From positions 1,488,001 to 1,552,000 of the forward strand of contig OZ024754.1 of assembly GCA_964016885.1 (NCBI GenBank): a stretch of DNA of 64,000 bases. The letters run 5' to 3'. Origin of the DNA: Eledone cirrhosa (taxonomy: Eukaryota). The notes beneath the pieces were generated by a model. That model saw nothing but the letters and a program-made list of their open reading frames with translations, did no database searches and was not told the DNA's origin. Made by a program: the position numbers and the translations under genes. Of this stretch, positions 20,168 to 34,974 are shown one piece after another (positions within the stretch are counted from its first letter, which is position 1; each line of letters opens with the position of its first letter).

Positions 20168-20429
20168 CAGGAAAGAAGAGTGACACGGTTTGCTATACAA
20201 AAAAGGCTTTTAAAAACCTTTTTTGTATAGCAAACCATGTCCCTCTTCTTTCCTGATTTATTATTACTCCAAGTGTTAACAACATAGAAATCACCGCGTA
20301 CTCGCAGCATCACTATGGAAACGCCTTGTTGAGTCAAACTTAGCCAAGCGTTGATATCATCCACTACTCGGAGTACCCTAACTGGACTACATCTAAGTGG
20401 ACTGCATATAACTATTATTTGTTACCCCG

Positions 20430-20430
<1 letters not shown>
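20162..20430 (+). mobile_element. Family D asymmetric fold-back (~45-bp arms plus ~170-bp tail)
   Basis: ATAAATCAGGAAAGAAGAG…AAAAAAGG / CCTTTTTT…CTCTTCTTTCCTGATTTAT; tail shared with 2535-2733. Confidence 0.85.
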
Positions 20431-20461
<31 letters not shown>

Positions 20462-20763
20462 CATATGTATGTATTCTGTATGTGTATATGTATGCAAGTT
20501 TTGTGGGGTTTTTTAAAATGCACGCATGTATTAATACACACATATCTATGCATATCTCTATCTTCTTCTTCTTCTTCTTCTTCTTCTTCTTCTTCTTCTT
20601 CTTCTTCTTCTTCTGTGAGTTCCACAGGTGAAACTACAGTGTAACAAGTCTCACCAGGAAGCCATACTATCAATATTATATAACTCTACTTCCGTATTGA
20701 GAACTCATTCTCGCGTCCTTCAGCATCACCTGGATACATATATATATATATACATATATATAT

Positions 20764-21002
<239 letters not shown>

Positions 21003-21013
21003 TATATATATAT

Positions 21014-21133
<120 letters not shown>

Positions 21134-21570
21134 AACACATAGATACGCACACGTATGTGTCTGTGTACGGACATCCTTGTCCATCTTACAATACCTGTCC
21201 ACCGTCCCCTCTCACCTCACACTAGACCTGCAGCTTATAACAGGAAGTCCTGTTTCCTATTATACGCTACAGCAATATCTTTGGGTTAACAACATGGAGA
21301 GATTAACTATAAGATCCTAGATTAGAGTCAACGAGCACTATACGGTTGTCTACTTCATCTTACACAATAGTCAAGTCTTTCTATTGAAACTTTCTATTAC
21401 CTCTTCTATTGACTGTTGCCTTCCCCACCTCTATATATCTGCTCTAACACCAACACCAACACTATACCCCTTTACTATTTACCTTCTCCACCTCTATTTA
21501 CCTGTTCTAACCCCAACAACAACATTATTTATTTCCACTCTCTCTTTCTCTATCGTTATTGATTCTTGTC

Positions 21571-21757
21571 GGTGGATTGGCAGTATCGGTAGAGAGTCGG
21601 ACACCATGCTTTCCAGCATAGTTACGTCCCTTTACGATCTGAGTTCAAATCCCGCCGAGGTTGACTTTGCCTTTCATCCTTACGGGGTCGATAAAATAAA
21701 GTACCAGTAATGCACTGGGTAATTGCTGGCCTTGTGCCTAAAGTAGAAACAGTTATT
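21571..21757 (+). mobile_element. tRNA-derived SINE, near full length, 16-bp TSD
   Basis: A/B boxes; direct repeat GTTATTGATTCTTGTC at 21555-21570 and 21752-21767. Confidence 0.92.
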
Positions 21758-21815
21758 GATTCTTGTCCCATTTTCTCTTTCTAACCCTAACTTATATCTA
21801 GCTTGCTTTCTCTCT

Positions 21816-21843
<28 letters not shown>

Positions 21844-21846
<3 letters not shown>

Positions 21847-22031
21847 ACGAAGGAGTTGTGGTAAGGAACCAGATGGACCATAACACACCAGAGTACTCAA
21901 TACTTAGGGTAGTAGAGTGGGTAATAGGAAAAAGTATGACCCCGACGGCAGAGCTGAAGCCGTTTCGACGGCTATTTCCAGAAATAGCCGTCGAAACGGC
22001 TTGAGCTCTGCCGTCGGAGTCATACTTTTTC

Positions 22032-22034
<3 letters not shown>
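21844..22034 (-). mobile_element. Family A fold-back
   Basis: Same tail and hairpin as 19855-20059 in the opposite orientation. Confidence 0.9.
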
Positions 22035-22070
<36 letters not shown>

Positions 22071-22075
<5 letters not shown>

Positions 22076-22161
22076 ATAATAATAAATTTGAAGACTAAAA
22101 TCCAAAGAGGGCTCGATAAGGATAAATATATATCAAATATATAAGAACCGTAGAGCAAATA
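22071..22161 (-). mobile_element. Family F terminal fragment
   Basis: Matches 52452-52540 and 54767-54857; other family F pieces lie at 7509-7563, 7625-7678, 8423-8480 and 10844-10885. Confidence 0.85.
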
Positions 22162-23116
22162 TATATGTGTATATACGTAAATATATATATGTATGTAAAT
22201 ATATGTATATATACATATACATCTCTCTCTCACTCCCTCTCTCTCACTCTCTCTCTCCCTCTCCCTCCCTCTCTCTCTCTCCCTCTCCCCCCCTCTCTCT
22301 CTCTGTGTTATATATATATATATATAACAAAGCTGGCAGCAGTCAGGTAAAATCTAACAGTTTTTAAAAGAGTAAATAAAAAAATATTAATGACACGTGT
22401 TTGACAAACTTTGTGCACAATATATGAAGAACCTGTGTATATACACACACATATACACACATATATACACAGGCACACACACACAAACACAGATACACAC
22501 ACAAACACACACACACAGATACACAGACACAGGCACACACATACAAACACAGACACACCCAGAAACAAAGTCACAGGCACACACATACAAACATACACAC
22601 ACACACAAATACAGGCACACTCACACACTCAAACACACACATACTTACACAAACAATTATTCTGACACAAACACACGAATAAACCACAATTCCTCAATTT
22701 ACATACATTCATTCACACACAACAGCTAAACATATAATCCTTGAATACACACATATATACACACACATATATACACACACATATATACACACACATATAT
22801 ACATGCACATATATGCACACACATATATGCACACATATATACACACATGTATACACACACATATATACACATACATATATACACACACACATATATATAT
22901 ACTGAAATATGCACACACAAGGACGTACATTTTTTCATTTATTAACACACACACACTCACACACATGGAGGTACCTTTATTAACACACACACTCACACAC
23001 ATGGAGGTACCTTTATTAACACATACACACACACACACACACACATGGAGGTACATTTTTTCTCTGTCTCTCTCTCTCTTTCTTTTTCTCTGTCTCCCTT
23101 TCTCTCTCTCTCTCTA

Positions 23117-23157
<41 letters not shown>

Positions 23158-23302
23158 CCCTCTTCCCTCTCTCTTTCTCTCCTCTCCCTTACACTAGTTA
23201 CTCATTTCCTCTCACCAGCCCTCATTCTCTCTTCTACTCTCTCTCTCACACGCTAACACACACACATATACATACACTATGTCTCACCCACACCCCACAC
23301 TA

Positions 23303-23373
<71 letters not shown>

Positions 23374-23462
23374 ACTGAAAGGAAACAAATATTCAATGAT
23401 TTATTTGATGTCCGAAATGTTGATCTCGTGCCGTGCGGTGTTAAAACAAATGTTCGGATAAC

Positions 23463-25110
23463 TGTCTGACCTTCCCTCTGTCAGACCTACACTCTGTCAA
23501 ACCTACACTCTGTCAGACCTTCCCTCTGTCAGACCTACACTCTGTCAGACCTACACGCTGTCAGACCTACACGCTGTCAGACCTTCTCTCTGTCAGACCT
23601 ACACTCTGTCAGACCTACACTCTGTCAGACCTTCCCTCTGTCAGACCTACACCCTGTCAGACCTTCCCTCTGTCAGACCTTCCCTCTGTCAGACCTTCCC
23701 TCTGTCAGACCTTCCCTCTGTCAGACCTTCTCTCTGTCAGACCTACACTCTGTCAGACCTACACTCTGTCAGACCTTCCCTCTGTCAGACCTTCCCTCTG
23801 TCAGACCTTCCCTCTGTCAGACCTTCCCACTGTCAGACCTACACTCTGTCAGAGCTTCACTCTGTCTGACCTACACTCTGTCAGACCTTCACTCTGTCAG
23901 ACGTACACTCTGTCAGACCGTCAATCTGTCAGAGGTTCACTCTGTCTGACCTACATTCTGTCAGACCTTCCCTCTGCCAGACCTACACTCTGTCAGACCT
24001 TCCCTCTGTCAGACCTTCCCTCTGCCAGACCTACACTCTGTCAGACCTTCCCTCTGTCAGACCATCACTCTGTCAGACCTACACTCTGTCTGACCTACAC
24101 TCTGTCAGACCTTCCCTCTGTCAGACCTTCCCTCTGTCAGACCTTCACTCTGTCAGACCTTCACTCTGTCTGACCTACACTCTGTCAGACCTTCCCTCTG
24201 TCAGACCTTCCCTCTGTCAGACCTTCACTTTGTCTGACCTACACTCTGTCAGACCTTCCCTCTGTCAGACCTTCCCTCTGTCTGACCTACACTCTGTCAG
24301 ACCTTCACTCTGTCTGACCTTCACTCTGTCAGACCTTCACTCTGTCAGACCTTCCCTCTGTCAGACCTTCACTCTGTCTGACCTACACTCTGTCAGACCT
24401 TCCCTCTGTCAGACCTTCCCTCTGTCAGACCTTCATTCTGTCTGACCTACACTCTGTCAGACCTTCCCTCTGTCAGACCTTCACTCTGTCTGACCTACAC
24501 TCTGTCAGACCTTCCCTCTGTCTGACCTACACTCTGTCAGACCTTCACTCTGTCTGACCTTCACTCTGTCAGACCTTCCCTCTGTCAGATCTTCCCTCTG
24601 TCAGACCTTCACTCTGTCTGACTTTCACTCTGTCAGACCTCCCCTCTGTCAGACCTTCCCTCTGTCAGACCTTCACTCTGTCTGACCTTCACCCTGTCAG
24701 ACCTTCCCTCTGTCAGATCTTCCCTCTGTCAGACCTTCACTCTGTCAGACCTTCACTCTGTCTGACTTACACTCTGTCAGACCTCCCCTCTGTCAGACCT
24801 TCACTCTGTCTGACCTACACTCTGTCAGAGCTTCACTCTGTCTGACCTACACTCTGTCAGACCTACACTCTGTCTGACCTACACTCTGTCAGAGCTTCAC
24901 TCTGTCTGACCTACACTCTGTCAGAGCTTCACTCTGTCTGACCTACACTCTGTCAGACCTTCCATCTGTCAGACCTTCACTCAGTCTGACCTGCACTCTG
25001 TCAGACCTACACTCTGTCAGACCTTCACTCTGTCAGACCTTCCGTCTGTCAGACCTTCACTCAGTCTGACCTACACTCTGTCAGACCTTCACTCAGTCTG
25101 ACCTTCACTC
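23463..25110. repeat. 15-bp satellite, ~110 units
   Basis: Unit TCTGTC(A/T)GACCT(TCC/TCA/ACA)C. Confidence 0.97.
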
Positions 25111-25283
25111 TATGTTAGAACTCTATTGATTTTTATAGAAATCTGGCAATTAGCAATTAACGTATTTTGTGTTAATTGGGATACTAAAGCTGGCTACAGT
25201 TGTTTTTTTGTTTATTAATGTTATTTTTCAATGTGGTTTTCAATGTATATATATATATATATATATATACAGTTTTGTAAGTA

Positions 25284-25346
<63 letters not shown>

Positions 25347-25655
25347 TTTTGTAAGTATGTATATATATATATACAGTTTTGAAAAAAAATATATATGTAT
25401 ATACATATGTGTAGATGTCTGTGTGTTTATATGTTTGCTTTTGTATGTATGCAAACGCAGCATTAAAGTTACTTTATACTCATACATACAATATGATTGT
25501 GTATTACATAAATATAATCACACACACACACACATACACTCACTCACACACACACACACAAACACACACACATATATAGTCTATGTATGTATACATGGTT
25601 GCATATGTTTGTAAAGAAATGTTCCCATTTGGCCTAATTAAAGAAAGATGAAAGA

Positions 25656-25674
25656 ACTACTACAACTACTACTA

Positions 25675-25708
<34 letters not shown>

Positions 25709-25714
25709 CACTAA

Positions 25715-25765
<51 letters not shown>

Positions 25766-25815
25766 CACTACTACTACTACCACTACTACCACTACTACTA
25801 CTACTACTACCACTA

Positions 25816-25863
<48 letters not shown>

Positions 25864-25917
25864 TTACTACTACTATTACTACTACTATTATTATTACTAC
25901 TACTACTACTACTACTA

Positions 25918-25975
<58 letters not shown>

Positions 25976-26016
25976 CACTACTACTACTACCACTACTACT
26001 ACTACTACTACCACTA

Positions 26017-26109
<93 letters not shown>

Positions 26110-26160
26110 TTACTACTACTATTACTACTACTATTATTATTACTACTACTACTACTACTA

Positions 26161-26230
<70 letters not shown>
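25656..26230. repeat. (CTA)n trinucleotide repeat with CCA/TTA variants
   Basis: Directly visible; explains the poly-Leu and poly-Val ORFs. Confidence 0.95.
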
Positions 26231-26582
26231 AGGTCGATATAAATGTAAAAAAAAATTTAGTGTTTGTTAAAGCAGGTTATTGTAGAAGTATTTCATGTGG
26301 ACGGGAGTATGTGTATATGTATGTGTATATGTATGTGTATGTATGTGTAATCTGCCTTTCTTTGTGTTTGTATGTTAATCAGTTTGTGTGTGAGCTTCAT
26401 AGTGTGGTCGTTCCAAAACTTCAACTGACTATATAATACTATATAATACACAATCACTAGAAACAATAGTTTAAAAAATCGGGTAAAATACCCTTTGTGA
26501 GGGAAAGATCTGGACAGAGGCGCTGGAACGATGTCATTGTAAATGTTCCCTGCTTCTTAAGCCAACCAAATGTTCACAGTTT

Positions 26583-26786
26583 TATAGGTTAAAAGGTACA
26601 TAGGCTGACCAAGATACTCTCATGGAATGAGCAAATGAGGTTTATTTTTGAACATAGACCCTGGAAAGAAACACTGCAGTTAATAATAAGAAGAGTTGTA
26701 ATTTAAGCATGTAAGATTTCGCAGCTCTAGCATCAATCCTTCACAGTCAGTCTATCAGCCAAGGAAAATTTCAACCGGTACTCGTG
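26583..26786 (+). mobile_element. Mariner-type MITE, degenerate
   Basis: CATAGGCTGACCAAGATACTCTCATGGAATG…; reverse-complement homolog of 59551-59895; decayed TACGAGG-type TIRs. Confidence 0.6.
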
Positions 26787-26830
26787 TGGTGTGTGTGTAT
26801 GTATATATAATATATATATATATATATATT

Positions 26831-26886
<56 letters not shown>

Positions 26887-26890
<4 letters not shown>

Positions 26891-27424
26891 CATGACAATA
26901 ATGATATGATAGGCACCCAATATTTTGAATTAGTTTATAGAATTCTCTTGGCCTTTGTCACTCTAAGCAGAGCTTTAAAGAATTTCCCTTTTCTTTAAAT
27001 CCATCAACCATGACCGACCCCCAACCATCTTATACACACCTGAAATATAGGCATTGTTAGCTTAAGAGAAACTTAAAAATAAGGAGTGGCACCCCAATCT
27101 GAACTTGTTTATAGAATTCTTTCTGCCTTTGTCACTCTAAATATAAATTATAGCCTTAAAGAATTAGCTTTTAATGAATTCCCCTTTCTTTCAACCAATG
27201 ACCTCCAGCCATCCCACTCCCCACCCTCTCCTACCACCTGAAAAGATATAAATACCACAACATTTATTTTGGAAAGCCAGAAGCCAGATTCCTGATGATT
27301 TCTAAAGAATGAAACAGTTCTAGTCCTGTAGAATCTCATCTATATTAAAACTGTTATACTCTGCTATGTATTGAGTACCTTACCTACTGTGGTTACCTCC
27401 GATTCAACCCGGAATAACTTACCT
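26887..27424 (+). mobile_element. Family C PLE-like 3' end: duplicated GIY-YIG-like C-terminus, UTR, hammerhead and tail
   Basis: Two diverged copies of GGCACCC…TTTATAGAATTCT…GCCTTTGTCACTCTAA; translation RET..(I)KEWHPNLN fits E…I….P.LN; hammerhead downstream; (TA)n flanks. Confidence 0.55.
27286..27336 (+). ncRNA. Type I hammerhead ribozyme, intact (family C)
   Basis: AGATTC-CTGATGA-T TTC taaa GAA T-GAAA-CAG ttctagtc CTG-TA-GAATCT; GUA triplet; predicted cut after 27330. Confidence 0.8.
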
Positions 27425-27442
27425 ATATAATATATATATATA

Positions 27443-27487
<45 letters not shown>

Positions 27488-27491
<4 letters not shown>

Positions 27492-27674
27492 CAAAGGAAT
27501 TGTGGTAAGGAACCAGATGGACCATAACGCACCAGAGTACTCAATACTTAGGGTAGTAGAGTGGGAAATAGGAAAAAATATGACCCCGACGGCAGAGCTG
27601 AAGCCGTTTCGACGGTCCAGAAATAGCCGTCGAAACGGCTTGAGCTCTGCCGTCGGGGTGATATTTTTTCCTAT
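27488..27674 (-). mobile_element. Family A fold-back
   Basis: Tail plus hairpin; (TA)n flanks. Confidence 0.9.
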
Positions 27675-27827
27675 AATATATATATATATATTATATTTAT
27701 ATTATATATATATATATTATATATATATATATTATATATATATATATATATCTTATATATATACATATATATATATATATTATATTTATATTATATATAT
27801 ATATATTATATATATATATATATATAT

Positions 27828-27869
<42 letters not shown>

Positions 27870-27875
27870 CTATCT

Positions 27876-27954
<79 letters not shown>

Positions 27955-28219
27955 AGAGAGAGGATTTTAGATATGTGTCTTGTAGAACACTAACAAGTAA
28001 CCACTTGAAGGCAGGAGTCCACACATTGTATCTGTTTAACAGGAAATCGCTTTAACTACCAAGATTCGAATATTAAGAGAACATACACACTATTATATAT
28101 ACATGTCACACACACACCCCCACACACACACATATATATATGTATATAGTCTACATATATTGTTTATATGTATGCATATATATATAGATGTATATGCATA
28201 TATATATAGATGTATATGA

Positions 28220-28280
<61 letters not shown>

Positions 28281-28367
28281 TATTTATGTATATTTATGTA
28301 TATTTATGTATATTTATGTATATTTATGTATATATACATATATATTTATGTATATGAATATATATAT

Positions 28368-28422
<55 letters not shown>

Positions 28423-28441
28423 TATACATATACATTTATGC

Positions 28442-28501
<60 letters not shown>

Positions 28502-28545
28502 ATATATATATACATGTATATATTCATATACATATATATTTATGC

Positions 28546-28595
<50 letters not shown>

Positions 28596-28621
28596 ATATT
28601 CATATACATATATATTTATGC

Positions 28622-28689
<68 letters not shown>

Positions 28690-28725
28690 ATATTCATTTA
28701 CATATATATTTATGCATATATATAA

Positions 28726-28788
<63 letters not shown>

Positions 28789-28811
28789 TATATTCATTTA
28801 CATATATACAT

Positions 28812-28882
<71 letters not shown>

Positions 28883-29465
28883 AACATAGATACATACATA
28901 TATACATATACACATATAGTGTAGGTATTATTGCGTTGTCATCATTTTGTTCTATATTGGTGGAAGCAGAACAACGCTAAGAGAATCTCACATTCCTCAG
29001 TACTGTTGCTTTTCAGGGCTTGCATTGAGGATAATCGGATTTACAAGAGTTTCGTGCATATTTTGAAATCCTATCCCTGTGTATATATGTAAAGTAGAGG
29101 TGTCTATATGTATATATGTATAGTGGAGGTGTTTAAATGCATATATGTATAGTGGAGATGTGTGTGTGTAGTAGAGGTGTTTAAATGTATGTGTGTGTAA
29201 TGGAGGTGTTTATATGTATGTATGTATGTGTGTGTGTGTGTGTAAGTGGTTATCTATGTATATATGTACGTACGTATGTAGCTGTGTAAATACGTATGTA
29301 TTTACATATATAGCTATCTATGTATGTACATACGTATATATATATATATATATATATATGTACGTATGTATCTGCGTATAAAGCTATGTATGTATGCGTT
29401 TACGTGCATTTGTAAGTTTCTGTTTGTGTACACAAATTCTGAATGCGGATTCAGAAACGTAGTAC

Positions 29466-29534
<69 letters not shown>

Positions 29535-30032
29535 TACAATTCTGGAATCCTCCTCACGAAAGTTAATCTTGACGATTCATGGATTAATACTAGTTTCTCT
29601 CTCTTTCTCTATCACTAACTATAGATAGAATATACATGTGTGTGTATGTGTATGTGTGTGTGTGCGTGTGTATGTGTGTGTCTGTGAGTCTGTGTGTGGG
29701 TGTGCGCGTGGTTGTCTCATTGCTTACGTTTACCCTTGACTCTAAAGAGTAATACACCAACTTGGCCGAAAATCTTGTCTGTAGTCTACTATAAACTCGT
29801 TTACCCAACAGGTGATGTTACACACCCGAACACAGATACGAGTTTTAACATGGTAACAACACAGCCTCACTCAGCAATACCAATATTTAATCTTGAAGCC
29901 CACCCAAATCACTAAAACCTTTCTCACAAATACAGCACACTCAGCTAAACTTTACATTCCTTACAAACAAATAAATATTTATATAAATATACATATACAT
30001 ATACACATAAATACACACACACATATATATAT

Positions 30033-30075
<43 letters not shown>

Positions 30076-30098
30076 TATATATATCTATATGTCTATAT

Positions 30099-30295
30099 AT
30101 AGGAACGAATAGGACCCCGACGGCTGAGCTCAAGCCGTTTTGACGGCTAATTCTGGACGTCCAGAATTAGCCGTCGAAACGGCTTGAGCTCAGCCGTCGG
30201 GGTCCTACTCGTTCCTATTACCCACTCTACTACCCTAAGTATTGAGTACTTTGGTGCGTTATGGTCCACCTGGTTCCTTACCACATTTCCTTCGT

Positions 30296-30298
<3 letters not shown>
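30099..30298 (+). mobile_element. Family A fold-back, spacerless ~60-bp arms
   Basis: Centre CTGGAC|GTCCAG; GAAA-CGGC ttgagctca GCCG-TC is a hammerhead stem III with GUC. Confidence 0.9.
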
Positions 30299-30326
<28 letters not shown>

Positions 30327-30453
30327 TGGTAAACGGAAAAGAAAATGCTGACAAATTGTTCACAGTGAAAAATAGTTTAATTAGGAATAAGTGAGAATTA
30401 GTAATAGTATTGGTTAGTATTCAGTTTTGGTTTTAAGTTTTACCGGTTGCGCA

Positions 30454-30515
<62 letters not shown>

Positions 30516-30519
<4 letters not shown>

Positions 30520-30872
30520 CCACACAATCTCTGATGACCTTTCTAGACGTATCTGTTACCTAGAAGGAAAAAGCAATCACATAGACTTGAGTTTCCTCTT
30601 GAAGGAAGAACTGAAAAATATTTCAGATCTGAACATTAGCTGAGTTTTTATAAAATACAATTGCAGTCAACAGTGGAATATTGTCACCATTTCAGTATCC
30701 ATGCAGACAGTACCAGACATCAACATATATCTGAACCAACGAGTGAAGAGTTAGGTGTTGTATGAAGTGGTTTGATGTACAGGATTTAGTAGTCAAATAC
30801 TTATGAAATGTTTCCTTGGTTGTTTAAAAGAGGGGAGGCTTACAGTGTCTTAAAGCAGCAAGTAGACAATGG

Positions 30873-30875
<3 letters not shown>
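30516..30875 (+). pseudogene. Possible degenerate Penelope-like RT/thumb fragment
   Basis: LMTFLDVSVT at the start and later EELGVV*SGLMYR/GFSSQILMKCF resemble the PLE FLDV and EL…L..RGY motifs; many stops; (TA)n on both sides. Confidence 0.3.
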
Positions 30876-30943
<68 letters not shown>

Positions 30944-30978
30944 CTTGGGAGGGGCATATTATTGTAATAATGTTGTAA

Positions 30979-31164
30979 TAATTGTTTCTACTTTAGGCAC
31001 AAGGCCAGCAATTACCCAGTACATTACTGGTACTTTATTTTATCGACCCCCGTAAGGATGAAAGGCAAAGTTAACCTCGGCGAGATTTGAACTCAGACTG
31101 TAAAGGGACGTAACTATGCTAGAAAGCATGGGGTCTAACCCTCTACCGATACTGCCAATTCACC
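30979..31164 (-). mobile_element. tRNA-derived SINE with 12-bp TSD
   Basis: TGTTGTAATAAT at 30971-30982 and 31165-31176. Confidence 0.92.
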
Positions 31165-31846
31165 TGTTGTAATAATATTGCCAGAAATGATAACAGAACA
31201 CCCTCACTCTTTGGTTGGTTTTCGCTTTTGTATAGATAGACAGACAGACAGACAGATAGATAGATAACTTTCTTTTTATTTGCCACCAGGGCATCAAAAG
31301 GTGGGACCAGTACAATGGGGGGAGTTTACATAAAAAGGCGTCCTCAATAAGGAGGAGGCATTAACAAGATATAAAAATAAAATATAAAATATAACAAAAA
31401 TAAATTTAATAACAAAATCCTTAATAAGGAGGAGGCGCCTTGGGGGGTCGCACACACCTCCGAAAAAAGTGTGCAACCCTTCTCCTCAGGAGCACAGAGA
31501 GGGGGTGCTCCCTTGATCTTTCATCTTTCTCACCTACAGTAGACAAATAAATAGATAGACAGACAGACAGATATAGACAGTCAGGCAGATAAAGATAGAT
31601 ACATAGACAGGCAGATAGACAGCGAGATGAAAAGAAAATGAAATCATATAATATAATAAGTAGTGTTGTCTATTATTCTAGACATGGTGTTGTGACATTA
31701 ATATATTTGTCACACTTATTTTTACTGCACCACTTGACCTATGGGTGACTTTAACTTTAACACCGAGGAGAACCTTCTCCCACCAGTGTCACCGAGAAAA
31801 ACTTCTAGTTATTGATTAGTAATATATCGATTTCTAATGAGTAGAT

Positions 31847-32076
31847 TTATCCATTTAGCATTTAAACCGGCCATATCCGGCCAGAATTCCTTCACCTCTT
31901 TCTGTTGAAATCGGCTGTAAGTGGCTGCTCATACTGATGTTAAGGTTTTTGTCCTCGAAATAAATAATATCGAAATCTCATAGATTCGATATTGACTGAG
32001 ATAATTATGTGAAATAAAGTGTTTACCATGAAAATATGATAGTAAATATAGAGTAATGTGAATGCTGAAGGGTTAG
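31847..32076. mobile_element. piggyBac-like MITE, degenerate
   Basis: Ends TTATCCATTTAGCATT … AATGCTGAAGGGTTAG resemble TTAA-CCCT TIRs. Confidence 0.45.
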
Positions 32077-32336
32077 GGTAAAAGTTTTGGGTTCTCAAGC
32101 ATTGACATCCTCTTGACTCTCCCTTCTTTGAACCTACGGAAGATGCAGGCTGTGACTGCTGGGAAGAGGGATGACTGTACTAACACTGGGCTGGTATATA
32201 ATTTATCGACCTCGAAGGGGGGGGGGAAGGCAAATACGACCATGGTGGGATTTGAACTCAGAACAAACAGAAGACCAAGAAGAAATATCTAACGTTCTAT
32301 CGGTTCTACCAAATCGACCACCATACTATCTTTCTC

Positions 32337-32407
<71 letters not shown>

Positions 32408-32716
32408 ACCCACACTAGTACCATGACCTCATAAACGGAACTTTACCGTTTATTTATAGAATATGTAGGATATGGGGAGGGGGGGGGGATTAATAAAAAC
32501 AAACAAACAAAAAACAAAACAAAACAAAACAGAACAAAGCAAAAAGCAAACAAAAAGGCAACACCTGACAGTTTCAATCTTTGCTAATTAACAGAGCTAA
32601 TTAACACATATAATTAACCCGGCTATTCTGTTTGTATTGCTAATAAAGGAATCAAAATGTAAAGAAAACATTAACATAGAACTCAATGAATAACGAATAC
32701 ACACACACACACAGAG

Positions 32717-32756
<40 letters not shown>

Positions 32757-33240
32757 ACATACACACACACACACACACACCCACATATATATATATATAT
32801 ACATAGATATATACACAGATATATACACACAGATATATACACGCATATATATATATACAGAGATATTTTCACATCCAGATATATACATACAGAGATATAT
32901 ACACACATAGACATATATATATACCCATACATATACACACCTACATATATAGAGACATACACACAAATAAACATACACAATTGGTACATCACAAAAATGG
33001 AAAGAAATACACACATTTATAAACTTATATAACACGCACACACATGCACACACTCACACACGCATACACATACACACACAGACACACATACGCACACACA
33101 CATACACACACATACACACACACATATATATATATACACACACACATACAGATAGATAGATATATAGATAGATAGATAGACATTGCAATGAACATTCAAT
33201 AATATCTAGTTTATAAACAGTTCAAAGCACATTGAATAAA

Positions 33241-33296
<56 letters not shown>

Positions 33297-33966
33297 GTCT
33301 ATTTGTCTATCTGTCTGTCTGTCTACTAAAATATAGTAAAGTCATTTAGTAATTGCTTAGTAGGATGTTTTAGATAAGAGTTTTGGTATTTTCAGTAAAG
33401 TCTTTTAGTGAATACTTTTTAGAATATTCTTTTAGATATATGTCTTTTAGTGGATCTAGAAAAGTTCACTTGGTACAATCTTTTATTACAGACTTTTAGT
33501 ATCGACTTTTGTACAGCCTTTTCGTATAGTCCTTTAGAAGAGTCTTTACTTAGTATATTTTAGTAAAATCTTTCAGTAAAGATTTTAGTAGTGTTTTAAT
33601 ACAGTTCTTTAATGCTGCCTTTTAATAAAGTCTTTTCGACGAATATTTTAGTACAGACTTTTAGTAAAATCTTTTAATAAAACTGAAACCAAGCAGCGAT
33701 AGAAGGGTCATAGGACTAACATAGCAGCTGGTTTAACATCAATACCAACTTGTCCTTGAGTGTCTTTAGCAGAGTGTTCCACTCTGTTGTAAGCATTCGT
33801 TTAGTTCTCCAGTTAGTTGACATAAAGTCGCTTTTGTAATACAATGCTTCCTACAATATCTTCCTTTGCAAAACACGTGAAAATAAGAGTCACTTCAGAC
33901 TTAAGGAGATCCCAGCCTTGGATAAATTCATAAAGTCTGTTGATTGGATTGAGTACTTTAATTGTC

Positions 33967-34001
<35 letters not shown>

Positions 34002-34974
34002 TGTGTGTGTGTGTATGCGTGCATGCCCGTGTGTGTGAGTATGTGTGCTGATATGTACAAGAATTATCTTGACAGGGAAGGAAAGTTTTTTTTTGTGATA
34101 GACAAAGAGAAAGAGAGACAGAGAAACAGAACAAGAGCCCAACAAACTTTGACGATATACTCAGCCACCAGAATCTTGCCTCAACATTACAGCCAACCCC
34201 TGCAATAAATTGTGTCACTAAGTCCGCCTCTCTAACACCTTTGTCTTCAAACTAAGACCAGTAAAAATTGTTGACAACCTAGATATGTTTGTATTTATTA
34301 CAGCTGTGAGTCTTATCAGCTGATTGCTGTAGCTTTCTGTTTTTCACCTTTTTAAAACCCTTATTTATTTATTTTTCAAGAAACAGCTTAACTTTGGTAT
34401 ATAAACAAGCTGAGATCCTTCATTCTGAAATATGAGATCTGTTATGTTTACCATTTGTAAAATATTCGATACTGGCACACTTCTGAGTTATTTGCCCTTT
34501 GTAAGAAGTTAGACCAGTTTTGGTTATTGGACGTTTCTAATATGTTTGATTATTGGTTCAATTTTTATTTATTTGACCAGTTTTTAGTTGAATTCCATCT
34601 GTAGTATGTCGGCCTATATTGGAATTATTTGGAGTTTGTAATATTTCGGCTTTAAGTTGCTGTTTTCAGTAGATATTTGCAGTTTGTAAGATATTTACAT
34701 AGTTTTTAATACTTTGTTGTTTCCAAGATATGAGACTATTTCTTCCTCATGTGCCATTTATAAAATGGTGGATTATGTTTTCGATATTGGCACTTTTCTA
34801 AATGTTGGCCATCATTTTAGTACTTCGGTTAGCAAGGTCATCACGGTTATCATGATCATCATGATCGTCAGCACCATCAGCATCATCATCATCGTCATCA
34901 TCACCATCAGCATCATGATATCCACGAGTAAGTGACGCAAGTGATGGAGATCATGATCCCCATTAGACCTTAGT

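Noticed and set aside
21571-21670. tRNA gene
   Set aside because: A/B boxes belong to a SINE head; no cloverleaf, and it continues into the SINE body with TSDs
23463-25110. CRISPR-like array
   Set aside because: Head-to-tail 15-mers without unique spacers; eukaryotic context; no cas genes
30521-30590. CTGATGA followed by a hairpin as a hammerhead
   Set aside because: No convincing stem III or cleavage triplet; better read as a possible FLDV coding relic
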